Source: Lytechinus pictus
Lineage: Eukaryota
Length of the DNA stretch: 64,000 nt
Direction of reading: 5' to 3'
NCBI RefSeq assembly: GCF_037042905.1
Contig: NC_087245.1
Span: forward strand, 33,668,001-33,732,000
A model generated the notes under the pieces. The model was not told the origin of the DNA. It saw only the letters and a list, made by a program, of their open reading frames with translations, and did not search any database. Made by a program: the position numbers and the translations under genes. Below, piece after piece: positions 13,635-27,313 of the stretch (position 1 is the first letter of the stretch; every line of letters starts with the position of its first letter).

Positions 13635-13815
13635 CACATTTTACCCCTTTTATTTTTACCTCTACCATTTTTTACCTTTGCAATTTTACCTCTGTCATGT
13701 TTACCACTGCCATTTCTACCTCTGCCATTATTTACCTCTTCCAATTTTTCCTTTGCCATTTCCACCTCTGCAATTTCGATCTCCTGTTATCTTTGACCTC
13801 TTCCATTTTACACCG
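13635..13815. repeat. Degenerate pyrimidine-rich minisatellite (TTTACCTCTGCCA-like units)
   Basis: Recurrent units of about 15 bp. Confidence 0.7.
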
Positions 13816-15758
13816 AACCGATAAAAAGAGGGGGGTGGACTTGCATTTAGCTAGCCAATTAATTATGGTTAATCCAGTCCACAATCGCGTGATCACCTCA
13901 ACATGCTCAAGGTAGCTAACTTGCATCCGATATGTCTGTGAAACACTCTTGGCGATTTCTGCTGGAGGTTTTCGCTTCGTAATAGACGATCGATATCCTC
14001 TCGAAAGCGTCTTTATGAATATCAAAGTAGGTCGACAAGGTTACCACTACCAGTGACATTACCATAGTTAGGCAAAGACATCCGAAAGAAAATCATCTTA
14101 GTTTTATCTGTCCTAAACAGAATTTTATTCGGAAAAGGTCAAAAATTTTGGTCGCTTGCTTCAATCTTTCGCAAGTGTAAAGAAAAGTTTGTTCTATACA
14201 TGTATGTCTGATTTTTGTTATTGTATGCATCATAATATGCATGCATTATGCAATGAAATCAAGTCAGATAAGCTTGCAAACTGATGTTTAAAGAAAATTG
14301 TGTCCACATGCCTTGTGCTGTACCACCTTAAACGTTTAGTTCTTTACTTGAGATGTATATATATCTAAATCTTTATTAATGATGATTTTCTCACTTGCTT
14401 ATAGATGAGGGGGTGGGCGGCTAGAGGGCCATGTCTCCCCAAAAATGTTCCACGACCATGAAAAAAAAAACACTTTATTTTCTGAAATCAATGTAGATAT
14501 AAATCACAAATGTAGCTTTTCATATCAAAAGAAAAAGATATGACATTTTAAAATCATACTCAATTTATGAAAAAGACAAACATTCACATCCCTGTCAGAA
14601 TGCGAAAGTGGGGATCGATTATGTTTTATCATACGAAATCAAGATTGCATCCTCATTATAAATAAAATGAATGAAAGTTTGATTCCTCCCTGAATGTGCT
14701 GAAATGCCATTATTGTAATATTGTGATTTGATGAATTTTAAAATCTGGAAAAAGTGAAAACTTGAATAATTCATTCAACAAAACGCAAACGAAAAGTCAT
14801 GTAGTAACATTATAGACTTTCATTTTTGGATTTCACTCTTTAAAAAAAAGTAAACTAAGTTTGTTTGACTTTTCTCTTTTTTTTCAACTTTTTTTATCGG
14901 GTCGACTTTACATTTAGCCAGCCAATTAATTATGATAAACCGAGTTAATCTACTTGACCATCACGTGATGATCACACTCTGGGAAGCACTCTTGGTGATT
15001 TATGCTGGATGTTTTTGCTTTCTAAGTGGCGATCATTGTTCTTTCGAAAGCATCTCTAAGAACTTCAAAGAAAGTCAACAAGGTATACCATTACCAGTGA
15101 CGTTGGGTCAGATTGATTGATTGATTGATTGATTCTTTATTTCCATGCAAAATTAAATCATACAACAGAAAATATATTGACAATATCTCATGGTAAAATA
15201 ACAATAAACAATCATTGCATGGGAGAGAACAGTCATAAGCACAAGGCTTGAAAAGGACGCCCCTCAAGAAAGACTACGGCCCTGAATAAAATCAATATAA
15301 GTCATATTTACAAATTACAGTAAAAGCAGGGCCAAAAGGAAAACACATCAAGCATGTCAAGAATAAATCAAATGATAATAACACACCAGCCGTGTATCGA
15401 TTAATATTACTATGTTTAACATAGATACGTCGTATAAAATAATACAAAAAATAAAGTATGCAATATGATGAAAGTCATGAAACTGATGATAGAACAATAT
15501 CTTAACTCAAATAAGTGCTAATAATGGAATGCTTAAACTCAAACTTAAATTTGTTCAATGTAGGAGCACCACGTATTGTTAAAGCTATATCATTCCAGGT
15601 ATCTGGACCAGTATGTCTTATTGACCTATGGGCTAAGGCAGTTAGCGGATTTGATAAATGTAAATTTGTTGAGGTTCTCGTAGGATAATTGTGAATAAAC
15701 GAATTCAAAAGGAACATATGATCAAATGTTAATGGTAATTGGCGACAGTGAAACTTAA

Positions 15759-16353
15759 AGGGGAATCCAACCCAAATAAAAACTTGTTTTTATAAGAAAA
15801 AGAAAAATCAGACAAGTTGATAGGTGAAAGTTTGAACAATATTGGACAAACAACAAGAAAGTTATGATTTTTTAAAAGTTGTAAATATTGGTAATCACTA
15901 TACCCATGGAGACTTCAAATTGGCCGCATATTGGATGTCATAGTGATGTAAGGCAAGGACTACTCTTCCATGTACTCCAATACATATTATGGCTAAAATG
16001 TCATTTTCCCAAAAAGTTTTATTTCAAATTATATTTTTCTTTCATCGTGAGGACATAAAACAATATACCTGGATTATATTTAGATTACTGCCCCAGGGGA
16101 ATGGGTACTTAGGAGAAAACCACGAATCCCTGATAATAAAGTACATGGCCTATGGGAAAGTTGTCCTTGCCCCTTGCCATAATTTACTTACCCAGTTGCC
16201 AATTTGAAATCTACATACTATTAGTGATCTCAATTTAAAAGCAGCTATAACTTTCTTATCCCTTGTCCGATTTCTTTCAAACTTTCGCCATTCTGTTTAA
16301 TTTATTTTTCTCCTTCCCAACACAACATTTTATGTCAAAGGCTGGATTCCCCT
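15759..16353. mobile_element. Kolobok-like non-autonomous element inside the LINE
   Basis: TTAA TSD (15755-15758 and 16354-16357), TIR AGGGGAATCCA; excision restores the LINE frame FMFKFH. Confidence 0.88.
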
Positions 16354-16791
16354 TTAAACATAAACAAAGCAATTTGAAATTTATGTATATCATCAATTTT
16401 TAAAGCCTTGAAACGGTTAAAGAGGGGACCAGTATTTTCATAAAAACCAGCGTCGGCACACAAACGAATAGCTTTCTTTTGAAGTAAAAAGATATGGTGA
16501 TTTTTTTATTTGAATGAGCCCCATACAATATTGCAATAAGTGATATGTGGAAGTAAAATAGAATTATAAATTGAGAGTAATGCTTGAGGAGGTAAATAGT
16601 GTTTAACTTTAAACATTATACCTATACATCTTGATACAGACGTCAATATTTTAGATACATGGTCATCCCATGTTAAAAACTCATCTAGAATGACACCTAA
16701 AAATCTCAGATTATTTTTTTGTCCGATAGAAATCCCACTTATCTTTATTTCTTCTGTATAATGATCAGCTATTGTTTTGGAGTTCTTGAAA

Positions 16792-18240
16792 TCAATATAA
16801 TATGTTTTTTTGCAAATTTAAAGACAATTTATTACTTTGGAACCATGTGGATATTTTGGGCAATTCATTATTCAACATTTCAAAAAGCATTCTTTTATTC
16901 GAATTTGAAGAAATAACTGTTGTGTCACCAGCATAAAGAATATATTGTAATAAGGGTGAAGAATATACTATGTCATTTATATACAGAAGAAATAAAAGCG
17001 GGCCCAGAATTGAGCCTTGAGGCACACCACAATTAATATACTGTGAATTAGAACTTACTGAATTTATACATGGAAATTGTTGCCTATTTGAAATATAACT
17101 ATTAAACCAATTAAGAGTAGTACCTCTAACACCAAAATATTTTAATTTGTAAAGCAATATAGTATGATCCAGGGTATCGAACGCTTTACTTAAGTCCATG
17201 AAAACACAAATTACATGTTCCTTTTTTGCTAAAAGAGAAGAAATTTTATCATAAAGATCAACAAGAGCTAGATCAGCAGAATGAAATTTGCGAAAACCAT
17301 ATTGGGATGGATTTAATAAATTATGTAATGACAAAATTGAAACTAATCTATTGTAAACAAGACGTTCAAGTATTTTTGAAAATGACGAAAGAATAGAGAT
17401 ATGGCGATAATTCTCAATGAGTGTCCGATCGTCCTTTTTATAAATTGGAATGATTTTCGCAATTTTCATATGAAGTGGAAAAATTCCGGTTGACATTGAA
17501 ATATTACATATATGAACAAAAGGAGTTATAATGCTTAATATAATCTTTTTAAGGAGAAAATTACTAATCTCGTCATGTCCAAAAGAACGACTGTTTTTAA
17601 GATTGTTTACGATTTTCAATATTTCCTCAGAATTTGTTGGATTAAAAAACAATGTATGTTGACAAGAATTGCGTAAATAATCTGCAAAATTAGTTGTGGT
17701 ATGTGGTATTTTTAATGCTTGTTCCTGCCAAACATTAACAAAATAATCATTAAAACCGTTAACGATATCATCTAATGATTCATATACAAAATCACCATGT
17801 GAATATTTATGATTTAAATTAGCATCCTTTGCTTTCCCCAATAATTCGTTAATATTTTTCCAAGTAGCTGACATATCTCCTTTAGCATTTTCAAACTTTT
17901 GTGAATAATATGTTTTCTTTGCATTTTTGATGATACATGTTAAAAAATTTCTATATCTTTTATATTTACTAATATTTTCAGAGGAAGGATTCTTCAAACT
18001 AGTTTTATAAAGTTTGTTCCTTTTTCGAATTGACTTTACAATCCCAAAAGTAATCCATGGTTTTCTAGGAGTTTTTGATGACCTTTTTCGTCTAACTTTT
18101 GGAATTGTATGGTTTAAACAGCAATGCAATTTATCAATAAATAATTTATATGCTATATCAACGTCATTACAGGATAAAACATCAACCCAAGATTCGGCTT
18201 CAAGTTCGGTTATAAAATTTTGCATATTCTCAGGAGACAT
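16792..18240 (-). pseudogene. LINE ORF2 reverse transcriptase fragment, inactive
   Basis: QYGFR, FMDLSKAFDT and GVPQGSILGPLLFLLYIND motifs; catalytic YADD mutated to YAGD; frameshift near 16800. Confidence 0.92.
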
Positions 18241-18532
18241 CTTTCGAATATAAGTAATATTTGTAGCAGGCTTTTTACTTTGTCCAAGTGTAGTGATAAT
18301 AAATATAGGAAGATGGTCAGAAACATCAGAATATAATATACCAGATGAAATATGTCGCTTGTCAGTGTTGGAAAAAATATTATCGATTAAAGTAGAACTT
18401 ACAGCAGAAACACGTGTTGGTTTATCTATAAAAGGATATAATGCATGAAGAGTAGCAATAATTCAGGGGCGGATCCAACCTTGCCAATAGAGGGGGCGGA
18501 TTTTCTTTCAGCCATATTTTCCCCGATCGGCC

Positions 18533-19016
18533 AAATTGATGTTCGACATAGGGGAGCCGAATTGATGTTCACGGGGGGGGGGGGGGGCGCGCCGACTTGA
18601 TGTTTTACCTAGGGGCGCCGAATTGAAGTTCGATATAGCTGAAAATTTGTTTATTTTAAAACATGCGTAAGTTTCCCGTTGTCAGGTTAGAATATCGCAA
18701 ATTTTCAGCTCGTGCTTCACGCTTGCATTAATTGTTTATATACGCACCCTGTTCCGACAGTTTTTTGCGAGCTAAATTTTTAAATATTCTAACCTGACAA
18801 ATGAAATGTCCTTTTTAAAAAAATTGAATATGCATCGTGTTCATCATAACAACTACTTAAGTTTTCAGGGTAAAATACATGAAATACTAAAACAATCAGA
18901 TCGCGCTTCACGTTCGCATTATTTATTTAGGCCTTGTGAGAATAAATCTCAGATTTTCTTAAGCTTCGGTCTGTACTCCCTCCCCCCAAAATATTAGTGC
19001 CCTTACACCCTTCAAA
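18533..19016 (+). repeat. Near-identical copy of about 20023-20553
   Basis: Both copies run AATTGATGTTCGACATAGGGGAGCCG...CACCCTTCAAACC; the downstream copy has about 50 extra bp. Confidence 0.9.
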
Positions 19017-21492
19017 CCGATCGGCCGCTCGAAGAATCAAATTTCTGTTAATAGCTTTAAACGTTCCTTTCGACTATTTTTATTAAACCTGTACTCAGTA
19101 ACTTGATATTATACATGTATGTTTACCACAACTTTTTCTTTTTTGTCCCCCCCCCTTCTTACTATGATGTATTTGTTTTGGGGTCAACGCTCAACAAGGC
19201 AAATTGCTCTTTTTTGTTGACCCCTCATTCGACATAAATTTTCTTTGTTCTCTTATGTTATTTTTTCTATAATCATGTATTTATATGTTCATCATTGTTT
19301 TTTACTTATATGTATTGACTTTTATACAGTGTATGTGTTTTTATGAAGAATGAAATAAATCAAATCAAATCTTTTTTTAAAAAGTCGATTTTTGTATGTT
19401 TCTCTGAAGGGGTAGTGCTAATATTCGCTTTTTAGCTTTATTCTTATAAATCAACATAATTATATAATAATCTCATAATCCTTATTTAAATAGTGCGAGC
19501 GCAAAGCGCGAGCTAATCTTCTTTTAAATTTTATGTATTTTGACCTAAAATTTGAACATTCTGGTCAATATTTGTGATCCTTAACAAGATTTGTATACAA
19601 CTAAATAATTACTGCGAGCGCGAGCAAAAAAATTCAATGTACGTTTTGAACTGATCGAAAAGGTTCCTGTTAATGGACTTCTTGAAGTTAGTCATGACGA
19701 CGTCACATATTTAAACAATCGCATTATGCGAGCACGAAGCGCGAGCCGAAATTTCTTTAAATTTCTACCTGAAGAATGGAAATTCTAAGCACTTTTTGTA
19801 ATCGTGAACAGGATGGGTATATTACCGAACAATTGATGCGAGCGCGAAGCGCGAGCTGAAAAATTCGAGGTTTAGACCTAAAAACAGGACACTTTATTCA
19901 TGTTTTGTAAATCATAAAATGGATGAGTAATTGGGGATCTTCGTACATTGATAATGCGAGCGCAAATCGCGAGCAGAAAATTTTGGACATTCTAATCTAC
20001 TTATGGCATGTATGGGGTGCCGAATTGATGTTCGACATAGGGGAGCCGAATTGATGTTCACGGGGGGGGGGGGGGCGACTTGATGTTTTACCGTAGGGGC
20101 GCCGAATTGAAGTTCGATATAGCTGAAAATTTGTTTATTTTAAAACATGCGTAAGTTTCCAGTTGTCAGGTTAGAATATCGCAAATTTTCAGCTCGTGCT
20201 TCACGCTTGCATTAATTGTTTATATACGCACCCTGTTCCGACAGTTTTTTTGCGAGCTGAATTTTTTAATACTCTAACCTGACAAATGAAATGTCCTTTT
20301 TCATTTCAATGTAAAAATTTTCATCTCGCGCTTCGCGCTCGCATTATTTTTTAAAAAATTGAATATGCATCGTGTTCATCATAACAACTACTTAAGTTTT
20401 CAGGGTAAAATACATGAAATACTAAAACAATCAGATCGCGCTTCACGTTCGCATTATTTATTTAGGCCTTGTGATAATAAATCTCAGATTTTCTTAAGCT
20501 TCGGTCTGTACTCCCTCCCCCCAAAATATTAGTGCCCTTACACCCTTCAAACCATTGAATAGAAACCAAATTAAAGCTACGTAAGTAAGTAATAGATTAA
20601 TTGTGGATTTTGAGCCTAATGCCGCCATTTTTGGCGCCATCTTGGATTTTTCAGGTACCCTGGAGTGATTATATTCACTCTAACCTGTATCAACACATTA
20701 TTTAACCTCCTGGACCGTGGAATATGAACTTGTATTCTAGGGTGGATAATGAGTGAGTTGTATCCATTTTCACTGAATGGTGGTCATCTTGGGTGCCCTC
20801 TTGAAAAAGCCACTTTCCCGGATTCGGATTTTGGTAGATTCTTAGTATGTTATTCCTGAGGTTAACTAGCACACAAAAAATAGTTGAAAATCATTTGTTG
20901 CAATTTGTTCCGGGTAACGGTATTTCAAGCTGTATATTGACCCGTCTAGGCGGCGTCTACACTGGAAATGGAACCAGTAGCCTTTTTGATTTAGTGTCGG
21001 TATAGCTTCTAAACCACTAGACCGTTGAATTATCATGCATTGAATTGACACTGCCAGTACTGGATAAATGGTCCCGGTACATGGGTAGTCAAATCATGTG
21101 AGTAAAAAAAAGTTAACTTTTCTTTAAAAAACACCCACTGCAGGCCCTGGCTATTACCTTGAAGATAATCAATTCAAGTGTTTTATTACACCTCCTTGAG
21201 ACGCACTTTCGTCCTCGAAACATGATTTCACTTCTGCCATATCCTCACAAGCATGCTGGTAGCTCTTGATCTTGATCGCAAAAGGCAAGTGTTTTGACGG
21301 TGCCTGGATTTTACGGTTTTCTGGAAGAACCGCCAAGAAGATAAAATGACGTGTTCGGCTCGCGAGGTTGTCATAGTTAGCCTCCATCTAGAGAGGTTCG
21401 GCGGAGCACCAATAGGCCTACGAATAAGCTCTAGTCAACTATACGAGGATATTCTCTTCAGTCTCTACACGTGGTGTCATCTCAACATCAAA

Positions 21493-21562
21493 ATGAAGTT
21501 TGCAGTTTACCTAGTCCTGTGTTCTTTGGCAACATCAGCCAGAGCCCAGACTGAAGGTGATG
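21493..21562 (+). CDS. SRCR gene coding exon 1: signal peptide
   Basis: AAAATG context; MKFAVYLVLCSLATSARAQTEGD (basic N-terminus, hydrophobic core, A-x-A cleavage site); donor G|GTAAGT in phase 1, matching the SRCR exons. Confidence 0.82.
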
Positions 21563-22368
21563 GTAAGTAAATTAATATTTCATCCAATGTGTCTTTGATT
21601 AACACTCGATTTCCATAATTTTCGTTTATTTAAGACTGGATCGAGGCACGCGATGGGGTACCAGATTCATCTTTGAAAACTGATAATTGAAGGGGAAGTT
21701 CGCCTGGTGTAGAAGTTGGTTTTATCATTGCAAAAAAAAATTATATTATTTATATTAAAGTCCATCAAAGATGAGAACAGTCCCCACTTAAAATGCATTT
21801 TTTTTGTTTACAGACGTTTGATAATGGTTTTAATTTGGACGTTCATTATTTCATCTGACACATCGTTCATGACCGTTTGTGTAAGAGAAAATATTACAAA
21901 ACATTACAATAATGGGTCCCTTTTTATTTCAACTACTGCTCGCATATTACATCACAAATTCGAATCTTCAAGATTCAAACTCTATTAAATTTGATTTTCG
22001 TTGGTCCTTCACCAATATCCCACTTTGTTTTTGTATGTTTAACTTTTATCAAAACAAATATGGCTATGGTTGAACTTTGAAATACATACAGGATCTCCAT
22101 TTTGTAATCATCAATGCACATCACCACTGTTACTGTCGATTTGCTCTCTGTGCTTGATTTATTTACAAAAAAAAAATAATAAATTGCCTATTGAATTTCG
22201 TTTTTGTGAACTCAACAATACACAATAAAAAAAAGAATGGAAGTTGTTTGACCCTGTCAAGTTGTTTACACTTTTAAACAAGTTGTTTAACAACTTTTTG
22301 AATATTTTACGCAATATTTATTTGAGTAACGGGCTTAAACGACGTGCTTGAATGCTTGAGTGTAACAG

Positions 22369-24354
22369 CCGTCACTATACGGGGAATGAAAAGTTTTTTG
22401 GGTAAATTGCACATTTTGGTAACAGCATATTTTGGTAAATTTACTAAAGTATGCAGGACATTGACGGTACATTTTGGTAACTCCAGTGATTATTTGCTCA
22501 GTTTTCTGTACTTAGGCCTATTAGGCATTTAACAATGCAAAACACAAGGAGGTCATATCAGTTAGTCTCTATTTTCTAAAACCACATACTTAGGCTAAAC
22601 CCATATTGTTTACCATTAATTTTGTTAATCTCGAGTTGTTCTAAGATCTAAATGGTCTCATACCCCAGTACACACTAAGCTCAATTCCATTTCGTCGAAT
22701 GACCATGCCGTCTAATGCAGTTTAGTCCAATATCATTTCGCCCAATAGCCACTTCGTGCCAATTCTTTCAATGACATTTTGTCCAATTGCCAGTTAGTCT
22801 AAGAGCCACGTCACCCAAGAGCCACTTCGCATAAGATTCATTATGTTATAATGCCACTTTGTCTTAGATTCACTTCGTCCAAAAATCACTTTGTCTTTTG
22901 AATAGCATTACTCTGCCCAATTTCATTGGTTTTCATTTCAATATCAGTCATAAAATACATCCATAGTAAAAGAAGTCAAACGAGGCAAAAGAAATAATGA
23001 AATCTCTAATATTTGATTACGTTCTTCGGATAACTAAAAAAAAAACATAAAACGTAAAATAGGGGGAGAAATCAAAGATTGTTTTGTTGTTATTATTAAA
23101 ACTTACAAGACTTAAGCCACGGGTAAACAGATAGGACTTAAATTTAAGTGTCAAATTTGCAAAAGCATGAGCCTTGGTTTCACATTACTTGACGGTAGTA
23201 GCGTACGCAGGATTTTTTTAGGGGGAGGGGGGGGGGTTAAATTAAAAGAAATTTTGATATCCAAAAAAAAGTCTTCATCACAAATTTAACGTCCTTTCGT
23301 ACCTAAAAATATTGACAAGCAAAAAAGAAAAGTCTTCAAAAAAATTAAGGGGGGCGAGATTTGAATTCTTTTGGGGGAGTGGGTATCATAAAAATTTAAG
23401 GGGGGTTTGAACTCCTGTAACCACCCCCTGCGTACCCTACTGCATGACGGACAAATTTAACATGATTTAATATTCATGACGATAATAAACTGCATCACTA
23501 AAAGTGATTAAATTTGAGAAAACTGGCAATAAACTGAATGGTCGCATAGACGATTATCAAATCAGGCTAATAAATCGCTATTTGCGTCTAGATAATAGCT
23601 GTTCATCCTTATTGTGATGGGTTTATATTTAAACTACCGGTTTTTTTTACCGGGGGTATGCCTACGCATTCACCCCCTTGACGAACCCGCAATTTGACCA
23701 TTGGCAAGTGGTCGTTGGACTTACTATCAATTGGACCGAGTAGGTATTGGATCAAAGTGTCAATTGAGCCAATTTGCAATGAAATTAGACGAACTGGCTA
23801 TTGGACGAAATGGCTATTGAAAGAAGTGTCTTTTAAACGAAGGTGCATTTAGACGAAATGTATCTTAGAGGAAGTGGCTATTGGACGAAATTGGACGGAG
23901 TGGCTTTGCACAGAGAGGCTCTTAGACGAAGTGGCTATTAGACGAGATGACTCTTAGACGAGACGGAGTGGCTCTTAGACTAACTAGCTATTGGACGAAA
24001 TGGCTATTGAACGAAATGATGTTGTACCGAACGGCATTAGACGGCATGGTCACTGGACGAAATGGCATTGGACGGAGAGGCAAATCGCCCACACACACGA
24101 CCCCTGACATTTGTTCTCACCTGATACCATAACTATCAATCTTTACTCCATCATAGCCGTCAAATCTGTTTTTTAAGCTGTTACCAAAAATGTGCATATT
24201 GTCCAAAATGTGCAGGCACATCATAACTGCACATTTTGGTAACAAAAAAAATCCTGTCAAGTATAGGTGCTACCGGCAAATTTTGGTAACAAATTAATTT
24301 TACCAAAATGTGCAGTTACCAAAATGTGTAATTTACCAAAATGTGCCGTGACAG
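22369..24354. mobile_element. Nested non-autonomous DNA transposons in SRCR intron 1
   Basis: Outer inverted arms of CACATTTTGGTAA repeats; inner inverted arms of TTAGACGAA-type repeats (about 22680-22900 and 23780-24085). Confidence 0.75.
23196..23442. mobile_element. hAT-like MITE
   Basis: TIR TAGTAGCGTACGCAG / CTGCGTACCCTACTG; 8-bp TSD CTTGACGG / CATGACGG (1 mismatch). Confidence 0.8.
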
Positions 24355-24961
24355 AAGCTTCCATAAGTACCCCTGTGCTTACTTAATCACGAAAGTATGT
24401 TATCGAAACTTTTTGTGGTGTAGTTAAATAGATAATGAATAATAATAAGGAAAATAAAACCCCTAAAAAATACCACAAATTTCACACAACCCCCAAATAA
24501 ATATCATGACTTTTATTTTAAATGGTCATTAATAAAACTACAAATAAATAAACAACAAATAAAATTTATTTTGTTCTTCGATCACCCATGCATGCCACAA
24601 CCGACTAATCTCATTTTTTTCACTAACGCCTATCCCGTTGGATGTTAAAAAATAAACCTGCGAGTTTATACATTGCGTATTAAGACAGTTTACACTTCGA
24701 AAATGTCATGACAATGAAAAAATTACAACGCGGGAATGTTTTTTTTTTGTATTCCCTGCGAGCACAAAACCAACGACAAGTTGCCCAAAGTGAAATTAGA
24801 GTTATCACATAACTTATGACGATTTACCGACGAAACCTTACAGAGTCAAGCACTTAATTGAATGTAAAATAATGCAGTGAGCCTCAGAAAATATGGGGAA
24901 AACAATGTTTTAAGTTTGAGGTTCACTCAAACATTAAATGTGCACGCAGTGCAGTCTCTAT

Positions 24962-25498
24962 GAGGCTGTTCACACCGCAAGGGGGGACCGTGGGCGGACC
25001 GTGGATCGCGCTATCGTAGCGCGATCCACGGTCCGCCCATTGGCATTCGCCGGATTCACACCGCAGTGAGATAGCGCGGTCTATCGTAGCACCCCCTTTT
25101 TTGAGAGGTCCTGTTGCCATGACGCATTACTTACTATATTTCTATTTTCACGATGTTCCGACGCGTTTTACTCCATAAAATTAGGAGTGTTGAGTTGTAC
25201 CGATTCAGATTCAGATCGCACCAAAATAGAATGAGTATAAAATTCCCCGCGTGTAGATGACTTCCGGCGTGCTATCGTAGCTCGGGTTCACACCGGCAGA
25301 GATAGCGCGATCTAGCGCGCGCTAGACCGCGCCATCTCTCGTGGACCACCCCCAAGAGGTGCTCCAGTGGCACGCCGTTTTGGCTCGCCGTGGCTCGCTG
25401 TTGGGCGGACCGAAACGACGTTGTACCTTCCACACCGCAGAGATAGCGCGATCTAGCGCGCGCTAGATCGCGCTATCTCTGCCGGTCTGAACAGGCTC
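24962..25498. mobile_element. PIF/Harbinger-like MITE
   Basis: TIR GAGGCTGTTCACACCG / CGGTCTGAACAGGCTC, 3-bp TSD TAT, internal TAGCGCGCGCTA palindromes. Confidence 0.78.
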
Positions 25499-26462
25499 TA
25501 TGGAACTCCCTAGCCGTTCAGAAAAAACAGTGTAAGAAATCTTAAATTCTAAATAATCACGCAATTTCAAATTTTGACAGTATCCCCCTCCGCACTCACT
25601 CCCCTGGTGACGTGGTGACGGTCACGATATTGCAAGCGCGAAGTGCGACAAAATTCTTCCGGATGTATTTGTCAGTCAATAAATCAAACTAAATACAAGG
25701 CTTCAATTGTTAGGGATGCACATGACCTACTTTGTTTCATACCCTTATTAGTTTGATTCACGTGTCCCCTTCACTGATCTCTCCACTAAGTGACGACTGC
25801 CGTTACATGCATGGTTACCGCATAATAGAATGGAACAATGGCACTACAGATCAGTTAAATAAATTCATAAAAACATACCTTTCAACCTTTTCAATTAGTC
25901 ATTTCCATTTCATCCTTTTTGTATTATGTATTTGTACTGTATTTATGTATTTTGATGTGTAGGCCTAATGCTTGTAAACAGTGTGATATACATGTAGTTT
26001 TTTTTTACTAAAAAGAGCGTACTAAATGCTGGTAATTCTTAAAAAATGAAAATTTCGTAGACTGTTTCTGTTATTCAGAGCGAAAAACAGAACAATTTTA
26101 CCAATTAATGAAATCATAAACAGGTTATGTATGTCACTAAATAGATAATGCAAGCGGGAAGTGCGAACTGTGATTTCTCATACTGCATGACCCGTAAAGG
26201 CGAGTTGTAAGTATTATTTGATATGTGAAAAATATGATGCGGATATGTTTGCCAGTAAAGAAATCTCTATGCAAAACTTGCGTTTTGGGGAGAAGTGCAT
26301 GGCATATTGCGTACCATTTCCTTAATATTTCCATGTGACGTGTTTCCTTGCCCCCCCCTCCCCCGTGTGACGCCCTAATTGTTTAAAAAAATATCAATAA
26401 TTTCATCAATCAATGGAAATGACGTTTTTATCAAAAGAAAAATAAAAGGCAGATACTTAAAA

Positions 26463-26945
26463 CCGGGGGAGGGGGGGCAGTCAAATACATTGCTGTACAC
26501 ATGCATGACCCTCCCCCCCCAAAAAAAAAAAAAAAAAAAAAAAAAAAAACGCGTTTAAAGGGGTGTTTTTCGGTTTTGGACGCGGGCCGCGCGTGCACTC
26601 GTTAAGAGTATCAAAAACACAAATTTTCAAGAAAAAGAGTGGTTCTGAAAGACTGGTCAATGGTCAATCGTGGGGTCGAACGTATTTAGGGTATTTTTCC
26701 AAACCTTTTTTTTTTCAAGACTAGCCAAACTTGCTTAGGGTATGTTTTTCCTCAAGCTTTTTCCCCGCGGGGTAATAATTCTGGCAACAACTTGTTTAGG
26801 TGCCAAAATGTGTAGAAAAGGCCCGCGAAAAGCCGTTTAGGGGGCTATTTTGCACACTGAGAAAACAACTTGTTTAGGGGGTGTTTGGAAATAATTTGGT
26901 TACGCATGTGAACAGCAATACATATGACTGCCCCCCCCCCCCGGC
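26463..26945. mobile_element. MITE with CCGGGGG termini, duplicated at about 29025-29514
   Basis: TIR of about 45 bp (CCGG(G)nCAGTCA.AT..ATTGCTGT.CACATGC.T.ACC); 8-bp TSD ACTTAAAA; absent from the paralogous intron at about 33280. Confidence 0.85.
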
Positions 26946-27007
26946 ACTTAAAAGATGGATGATAACGTAGTCCCAGACTAGTCCTTATTGGTGTCTATTG
27001 CATTTAG

Positions 27008-27313
27008 TGCGACTGGTTAATGGACGTGATTCATACGAAGGAAGAATTGAGGTTTACGCCAACGGAGGATGGGGTACTGTATGTGATGATCTGTGGGATG
27101 ATACAGATGCTACAGTTGTTTGTCAAAGTCGCGGCAGTGAGTCTGGAACAGCACGCACTAACGCTTACTTCGGAGAAGGCTCAGGTGATATCCTGCTCGA
27201 TGATGTTATTTGTGATGGAGATGAATCTTCTCTTCTGGAATGTTCTAATCCTGGAATCGGCGTTCATAACTGTGGACACTCTGAGGATGCAGGAGTCACT
27301 TGTTCACCAACAG
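27008..27313 (+). CDS. SRCR gene: SRCR domain 1 (group A, 6 Cys)
   Basis: TTTAG|..G|GTATT, 306 nt, phase 1-1; [34 protein letters not shown]. Confidence 0.95.

Larger units (their letters stand above)
15111..18463 (-). mobile_element. 5'-truncated LINE, CR1/L2 group
   Basis: End of the APE endonuclease (PTRVS..TLIDNIF, SDVSDHLPIF at about 18300-18430), RT ORF, C-terminal HNYPTR region, then AATAAA and a (CAAT)n tail at 15111-15145. Confidence 0.93.
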
